From Oscillospiraceae bacterium (GTDB taxonomy: Bacteria; Bacillota; Clostridia; UBA1381; UMGS1253): a stretch of 64,000 bases of DNA. Below, one piece after another: positions 58,895-64,000 of the stretch. The stretch lies in assembly GCA_015068725.1 (NCBI GenBank), contig SVKA01000006.1, forward strand, positions 11,562 to 75,561. Reading direction: 5' to 3'. Below the pieces are notes generated by a model. The model saw only the letters and a list, made by a program, of their open reading frames with translations. It was not told the DNA's origin and searched no databases. Position 1 is the stretch's first letter. Every line of letters begins with the position of its first letter. Position numbers and translations under genes: made by a program.

Positions 58895-59707
58895 ATGCGA
58901 TATAACAAATTCCCTGAAAGTGATCCGTTTTATTTTGACCGGCGCAGCTATTTGAAAAAGCGTGGCTCTGCTCCGGGCCCAAGGCACTATCATAACTTTT
59001 TTGAGGTATATTATATCGAAAATGGTTATTGTAATTATTTTATCGACAATAAAGCGTACAAGCTTGAAGAGGGCGATCTGGTGCTTATTCCCGAGGGTAT
59101 TATACATAATACTCTGTACTGGGAAAACAGTGAATCAACAAGACTTCTTATCAACTGCACAAGAAAATATATTCCAAAGTCGGCAGAGTTTATATTTGCA
59201 AAAAAGAATTACTTTTATCGAAACAGGGGTATAAAAGAAAAGCTTTATGAGCTATTATTAAAAATTGAGGCAGAATATAATAATCCTGACGAATTTTCTG
59301 ACGATTTAATAAAGAGCTATATGACAACTTTCTTTATGCTGATGGCACGAAACGAAAATGAATACAGCGAGAAAAATTCCAAGACGGGATATATACAAAG
59401 TGCCATTGATTATATTCAGGAAAATCTGTCCGAGGAAATATCACTTCAGGATATGGCAAACCGTTTTTCTGTAAGCAGAGAGCATTTTTCGAGAAGGTTT
59501 AAAAAGGAAACGGGCTTTGGATTTTGTGATTATGTAAACCTGTTGCGTATGAAAAAAGCAGAAACTCTGTTAAAGCAGATGGATAACATATCAGTGGCAA
59601 AGGTTGCGACACAGTGTGGTTTTTCGGATAGCAACTACTTTTCGGTAAAATTTAAAAAGATGTATAATATTTCTCCGAAAGCCGTTCAAAAAATGTCAAG
59701 AGAATAA
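58895..59707 (+). CDS. AraC family transcriptional regulator (cupin plus HTH), first of a tandem pair
   Basis: ATG after GGAGGAGGG. The C-terminus LQDMANRFSVSREHFSRRFKK...FSDSNYFSVKFKKMYNISP is an AraC HTH. Confidence 0.85.
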   Translation: MRYNKFPESDPFYFDRRSYLKKRGSAPGPRHYHNFFEVYYIENGYCNYFIDNKAYKLEEGDLVLIPEGIIHNTLYWENSESTRLLINCTRKYIPKSAEFIFAKKNYFYRNRGIKEKLYELLLKIEAEYNNPDEFSDDLIKSYMTTFFMLMARNENEYSEKNSKTGYIQSAIDYIQENLSEEISLQDMANRFSVSREHFSRRFKKETGFGFCDYVNLLRMKKAETLLKQMDNISVAKVATQCGFSDSNYFSVKFKKMYNISPKAVQKMSRE

Positions 59708-59722
59708 AAAAGGAGGCGTGGC

Positions 59723-60580
59723 ATGGAATTTTCGAGCAGAGTATTTTTGTATGACTATCTTGTGTCTGACAATAAAATAGTTATTCCTGCAGGTGAGCTT
59801 TTCCAGGTGTCTGAGCTTTCGGTTATTCGCGGAGGTGAAATAGCGGAGCATGTGCAGCAGTGCGACGAAATTACATATGCTGTGTCGGGAAGTGCAAAGT
59901 TTTATTCGGATGACCATGTAGAGGATGTGTCGGGCGGACAGATACACTTTATAAAAAAAGGCATGAAACATAAAATTGTTGCGTCCGAGAACTCGAATTT
60001 TCGTTATATATGTATAGGTTTTAACGCAAATCAGGACTGTGCGGATATAAAAGCTTTTTTTAAGATGAGAGATAAGACCGATTGGTTTGTTAAAAACGAT
60101 GACGGAAGCATAAAGCGCCTTACAGAACTTCTTTTAAATGAATTCTATATGGAGGATGAGCAAAAAAATATAATGATAAATCTGTATCTTTCACAGATTT
60201 TAATTTCTGTTGCCCGTATTTACAGAGGAAATATAAGTTATATTGACAAAAAAAGTACGTCAACCTCCAACTATGCTGTTTATAAAGCGCTAAGGTATAT
60301 TGACAGAGAATATATGTATATAACAAGCGTTAAAAATGTGGCAAAGGAGCTTTCGTACAGTGAGTATTATCTTTCTCATGCTTTTTCCGAGAAGGTGGGT
60401 ATGAGTATAAAAGAGTACATAACCAAAAAGAAGCTTCAGGCTGCAGCAGGTATGCTTAAAACAACAAATCTTGGCATAAATGAAATATCGGATTATCTCA
60501 ATTTCAGCACACAGCATACTTTCAGGCAGGCATTTAAAAGAATGTATATGATGAGCCCGAGCGAGTATCGCACGAAATGA
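59723..60580 (+). CDS. AraC family transcriptional regulator (cupin plus HTH), second of a tandem pair
   Basis: ATG after AGGAGG. The C-terminus VAKELSYSEYYLSHAFSEKVG...FSTQHTFRQAFKRMYMMSPSEY is an AraC HTH. Confidence 0.85.
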   Translation: MEFSSRVFLYDYLVSDNKIVIPAGELFQVSELSVIRGGEIAEHVQQCDEITYAVSGSAKFYSDDHVEDVSGGQIHFIKKGMKHKIVASENSNFRYICIGFNANQDCADIKAFFKMRDKTDWFVKNDDGSIKRLTELLLNEFYMEDEQKNIMINLYLSQILISVARIYRGNISYIDKKSTSTSNYAVYKALRYIDREYMYITSVKNVAKELSYSEYYLSHAFSEKVGMSIKEYITKKKLQAAAGMLKTTNLGINEISDYLNFSTQHTFRQAFKRMYMMSPSEYRTK

Positions 60581-60676
60581 GAGCAAATTTTAGACGCTTG
60601 AAAGACAAGTTTTAATATTGTAATTCCTCCTTATTTTTGGTATGTTTAAGGTACAAAAAATGAGGAGGTTTTTATT

Positions 60677-61738
60677 ATGAAAATAGCTGTTATTGGATGC
60701 GGTACGATTGCAAACAAGCGTCATATACCATCATATTTGCAAAATGACAAGGTAGAGATTAAGTATTTTTGCGACATTATACTAGAAAGAGCGCAAAAAG
60801 CGGTCGAGGATTATGGATGCGGCACAGCAGTTGCCGATTATAAAGAGGTGCTTGCTGACAAAGAAATCGAGGCGATTTCTGTTTGTACTCCCAATCACAT
60901 GCACTCGGTTATTACAATAGATGCTCTTAAAGCCGGCAAGAACGTTCTTTGTGAAAAGCCTGCTGCAAGAACATATGCTGAGGCGCTTGAAATGCAAAAA
61001 GCGCAGCATGAAACAGGTAAAGTGTTAAATATCGGCGTGGTTAACCGCTTTAATGCAGGTATCAGACAAATCAAAAAGCTTATTGATGAGGGAGAGCTTG
61101 GCGAGGTTTATCAGGTTTATGTAAGCTTCAGAGCACACAGAAGCATCCCCGGCCTTGGCGGTGATTTTACAAATATAGCTGTTGCGGGCGGCGGTGTTAC
61201 AATCGACTGGGGCGTACACTTTTTTGATATAGTTATGTATTGCTGTGGCGATCCTGAGGTAAAAACAGTTTCGGCAGAAAAATTCTGCAAGCTTGGCAAT
61301 CCTATGGAAGAGTACGTTTATACATCAATGTGGGCAGGACCGCCGACATTTGATGGTGTGTGCGATGTTGAAGAGGGTGTAACAGGTATGATAAGAACAA
61401 ATGGCCCTGTTATTACATTTAATGGTGCATGGGCACAAAACATTGGTGAGGATGAAATGTTTATTGACTTTATCGGAACCAAAGGTGGCATAAGACTCCA
61501 TTACACAAAGGATTTTGTTTTCTATTCAACAAAGAATGGTATGCTTACAAAAACAACCTTTAAGATGAATGAAGGAATGGATATGGAGGCTATGTTTAAA
61601 AACGAGATAAATGCTTTTGTAGATTGTATTGAAAGCAAAGAAAAGCTTCCATCACACATTGACATAAACATCCTTACATCAAAGATGATGGATGCGATTT
61701 ATCGCTCGGCAGAAACGCATAAGGAAATTGAGTTTTAA
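60677..61738 (+). CDS. Gfo/Idh/MocA family oxidoreductase, cassette B gene 1
   Basis: 353 aa with KIAVIGCGTIANKRH Rossmann loop and VLCEKPAART motif. Confidence 0.85.
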   Translation: MKIAVIGCGTIANKRHIPSYLQNDKVEIKYFCDIILERAQKAVEDYGCGTAVADYKEVLADKEIEAISVCTPNHMHSVITIDALKAGKNVLCEKPAARTYAEALEMQKAQHETGKVLNIGVVNRFNAGIRQIKKLIDEGELGEVYQVYVSFRAHRSIPGLGGDFTNIAVAGGGVTIDWGVHFFDIVMYCCGDPEVKTVSAEKFCKLGNPMEEYVYTSMWAGPPTFDGVCDVEEGVTGMIRTNGPVITFNGAWAQNIGEDEMFIDFIGTKGGIRLHYTKDFVFYSTKNGMLTKTTFKMNEGMDMEAMFKNEINAFVDCIESKEKLPSHIDINILTSKMMDAIYRSAETHKEIEF

Positions 61739-61833
61739 GTCAAAATTGTGCTAATGGAAATCAAATGCGTTATTGACCGGAGCGAAAAGGTATAATATAC
61801 TGATTAATATAATAGGAAGAGGATTTACCCGAT

Positions 61834-62676
61834 ATGAAAAAAATTGGTTTTATAGATTATTATCTTGATGAGTTTCATGCAAACAACTATCCCGAAATGA
61901 TAAAAAAGCAGTCAAACGGACGATATGAGGTTTGTTATGCTTATGCAAAAATTGACAGTCCTATCGGAGGAATGACAAGCAAAGAGTGGTCTGAAAAATA
62001 CAAAGTTGAGCTTCTTGACACTATTGAAGAGGTTATTGAAAAGAGTGATTTGCTCATAGTTTTGTCGCCTGATAATCCTGAGATGCATTTGGAGCTTACA
62101 GACCTTGCATTAAAGTCGGGCAAGCTTGTTTATGTAGACAAAACATTTGCGCCTGATAAAGAAACTGCAATCAAAATATTTGAAAATGCAGATAAGCATG
62201 GTACAAAATGCTTTTCAAGCTCGGCACTCAGATTTGTAACAGAACTTAAAAAGATTGATACAGACAAAATTTATAAGGTATACACCGAGGGTCCGGGAAG
62301 CTATGACATTTATTCGATACATCAGTTAGAGCCTATAATGAGCCTTATGAAATGCAGAGCAAAAAGAGTTATGGCGCTTTCGGATAAAGAGCATCCGTCG
62401 CTTGTGATTGAGTTTGAGGACGGAAGATATGCTCAAATGTATCAGCGCATTGCAGAAGGTCCGAGAAGCTTTCGTATTACTGCTTGTTATGATGATAATA
62501 CAGCGGATATACATAAAATCGAGTCTGATTATTTCTCGCTCTTTATCGATGCTATGATAGAGTTTTTTGATACGGGAGTTGTTCCTGTGCCGCATGAGCA
62601 GACCATTGATGTTATTGCCGTAAGGGAAGCGGGCTTTAAAGCGTTTGAAAATCCATTTACATGGATAAATATTTAA
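61834..62676 (+). CDS. Short Gfo/Idh/MocA-like protein with a degenerate dinucleotide loop, cassette B gene 2
   Basis: 280 aa. IGFIDYYLDEFHANNY instead of GxGxxG, and VYVDKT instead of EKP. Alignable by eye with the 289-aa protein of cassette A. Confidence 0.7.
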   Translation: MKKIGFIDYYLDEFHANNYPEMIKKQSNGRYEVCYAYAKIDSPIGGMTSKEWSEKYKVELLDTIEEVIEKSDLLIVLSPDNPEMHLELTDLALKSGKLVYVDKTFAPDKETAIKIFENADKHGTKCFSSSALRFVTELKKIDTDKIYKVYTEGPGSYDIYSIHQLEPIMSLMKCRAKRVMALSDKEHPSLVIEFEDGRYAQMYQRIAEGPRSFRITACYDDNTADIHKIESDYFSLFIDAMIEFFDTGVVPVPHEQTIDVIAVREAGFKAFENPFTWINI

Positions 62677-62696
62677 TAAAGTCAGGAGAGATTTGA

Positions 62697-63554
62697 ATGT
62701 ATAATTTTCCAATAGGTGTAATTCTGGAATCCTTCAAGCTTGGTCGCAGCGAAGCGATAAAAAAAGCTGCCGAGCTTGGTGCAAATGGTATACAGATGTA
62801 TGCTACAAAGGGGGATAACGCACCTGAAAATTTGAGTGCGTCTGACAGAACCATGCTCAAAAAGGAAGTTAATGATGCGGGCTTGGTATTTTCTGCGCTT
62901 TGCGGTGACCTTGGCATGGGATTTGGAAATAAAGAGAAAAACCCTGAACTGATTGAAAAATCAAAGAGGATTGTGGAGCTTGCAAAGGACCTTGGAACAG
63001 ATATCATCACAACACACATCGGTGTTGTGCCAAATGACAAAAATCACGAAAGATATAAGATTATGCAGGAGGCTTGCTTTGAGCTTTCGAAGTTTGCAGA
63101 CAGTATGGATGCTCATTTTGCCATTGAAACGGGCCCTGAAACTGCGGATGTTTTAAAGAGCTTTTTGGATGATTTACATTCAACAGGTGTTGCGGTAAAT
63201 CTTGACCCCGCAAACTTTAAAATGGTTACGGGCGATGACCCTGTCAAAGCGGTACATACGCTCAAGGATTATATCGTTCATACCCATGCAAAAGACGGAA
63301 ACCGCTTAAATATCGGAAATCCTGAGTTTATATACAAGGCGGTTCATCCTGTACCGCAGGGCTTTAATGATATCAAGTATTTTGAAGAGGTTCCGCTCGG
63401 AACGGGAAGCGTCGATTTCCCGAATTATTTAAAAGCACTTGAAGAAATTGGATATAAAGGCTTTTTGACAATTGAGCGCGAGGTTGGAGATACTCCCGCA
63501 AAGGATATAAAAACGGCGTATGACTTTTTAAAGAAGGTTATTTCGGACAATTAA
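62697..63554 (+). CDS. Xylose-isomerase-like TIM barrel protein, cassette B gene 3
   Basis: 285 aa with [21 protein letters not shown] and LTIEREV patterns. Confidence 0.78.
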   Translation: MYNFPIGVILESFKLGRSEAIKKAAELGANGIQMYATKGDNAPENLSASDRTMLKKEVNDAGLVFSALCGDLGMGFGNKEKNPELIEKSKRIVELAKDLGTDIITTHIGVVPNDKNHERYKIMQEACFELSKFADSMDAHFAIETGPETADVLKSFLDDLHSTGVAVNLDPANFKMVTGDDPVKAVHTLKDYIVHTHAKDGNRLNIGNPEFIYKAVHPVPQGFNDIKYFEEVPLGTGSVDFPNYLKALEEIGYKGFLTIEREVGDTPAKDIKTAYDFLKKVISDN

Positions 63555-63561
63555 AAACAAG

Positions 63562-63596
63562 CACCTGTATACGATATTTGTATACAGGTGTTTTTT
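63562..63596 (+). terminator. Terminator after cassette B
   Basis: CACCTGTATA...TATACAGGTG followed by TTTTTT. Confidence 0.8.
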
Positions 63597-63720
63597 ATAT
63601 GGTACATCAAAAAAATCAAGAAAATTCGCATAAAATAATCAAAAAAATCAAGGCATACACAAAAAAGTTGGTATATAATTAAAATAAGTTTTACTTTGAT
63701 TGCAAAGGGAGCGATTATTT

Positions 63721-64000
63721 ATGGAAAAAAACTATAATGCTTTAAATCATATACACAGCATTTTAAAAGAACCTACCATGAAATATGATAGCGGTGTCGA
63801 TTTTAAAAAGTGGCAGGCGGAGGGCAAAGCGAAGCTTACAGAGCTTTTGGGACTGCCTTTTGAAATGTGCGATGATATGTTCTGCGTAACAAATACCGAG
63901 AAAAAAGATGGTTATACACAAATTAATTTTGAATTTCAAAGTGAAGAGGGATATTTTGTGCCGTGCAGCATGCTTGTCCCTGACAATATGACAAAGCCAC
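63721..64000 (+). CDS. Partial ORF (3'-truncated by window end), possibly an alpha/beta hydrolase (acetyl-esterase/dienelactone-hydrolase-like N-terminus)
   Basis: My own translation from ATG 63721: MEKNYNALNHIHSILKEPTMKYDSGVDFKKWQAEGKAKLTELLGLPFEMCDD...GYFVPCSMLVPDNMTKP, with no stop to the window end. RBS AAAGGGAG upstream. The family call rests on weak resemblance only. Confidence 0.45.
   Translation, partial: MEKNYNALNHIHSILKEPTMKYDSGVDFKKWQAEGKAKLTELLGLPFEMCDDMFCVTNTEKKDGYTQINFEFQSEEGYFVPCSMLVPDNMTKP

Overview
The window looks like chromosomal DNA from a low-GC Firmicute, probably a Clostridia or Oscillospiraceae-like gut or rumen anaerobe. That taxonomic guess is inferred from gene order and codon style and was not searched. 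All hairpin, promoter and tRNA coordinates were hand-counted and may be off by about 3 nt.

Layout:
- 1-4.1 kb: a T-box leader, truncated at its 5' end by the window edge. It precedes an unusual two-gene operon: a LeuA-like protein with degenerate catalytic motifs, and a fusion of a xylose-isomerase-like TIM barrel to an acyl-CoA synthetase.
- 4.2-8 kb: a 1264-aa secreted multidomain heparinase II/III-like polysaccharide lyase.
- 8.1-23.2 kb: a minus-strand housekeeping block with the classic order rpsB-tsf-pyrH-frr-uppS-cdsA-dxr-rseP-ispG-polC. An extra TIM-barrel gene and rnj follow it.
- 23.4-25.8 kb: a large orphan cytoplasmic protein. A 21-bp x3 tandem repeat lies upstream of its promoter.
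- 25.9-40.6 kb: a P-type ATPase, a small membrane protein, rsmE, prmA, a heterodimeric ABC exporter pair, dprA-topA-trmFO and manA.
- 40.6-46.5 kb: accessory sugar island A, made of a three-gene cassette (Gfo/Idh/MocA, short Gfo-like, TIM barrel), an AraC regulator, and a NagB-fold gene with a class II aldolase.
- 46.7-47.2 kb: a five-tRNA operon (Gly-Arg-His-Gln-Lys).
- 47.4-51.9 kb: clpE, a secreted EndA-like nuclease, and mntP behind a yybP-ykoY Mn2+ riboswitch.
- 51.9-57.1 kb: a uxaB-uxaA-GH4-capA hexuronate-type operon.
- 57.3-64 kb: accessory island B, with a HAD phosphatase, an MBL hydrolase, two tandem AraC genes, a second Gfo / short-Gfo / TIM cassette, and a truncated alpha/beta-hydrolase-like ORF.

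I saw no rRNA, CRISPR array, transposase, integrase, prophage or recognisable defence genes.

The two candidates most worth follow-up are the Leu-T-box-controlled pseudo-LeuA plus TIM::acyl-CoA-ligase operon, and the twice-occurring Gfo / degenerate-Gfo / TIM-barrel cassette. For both, any functional claim is inference only.
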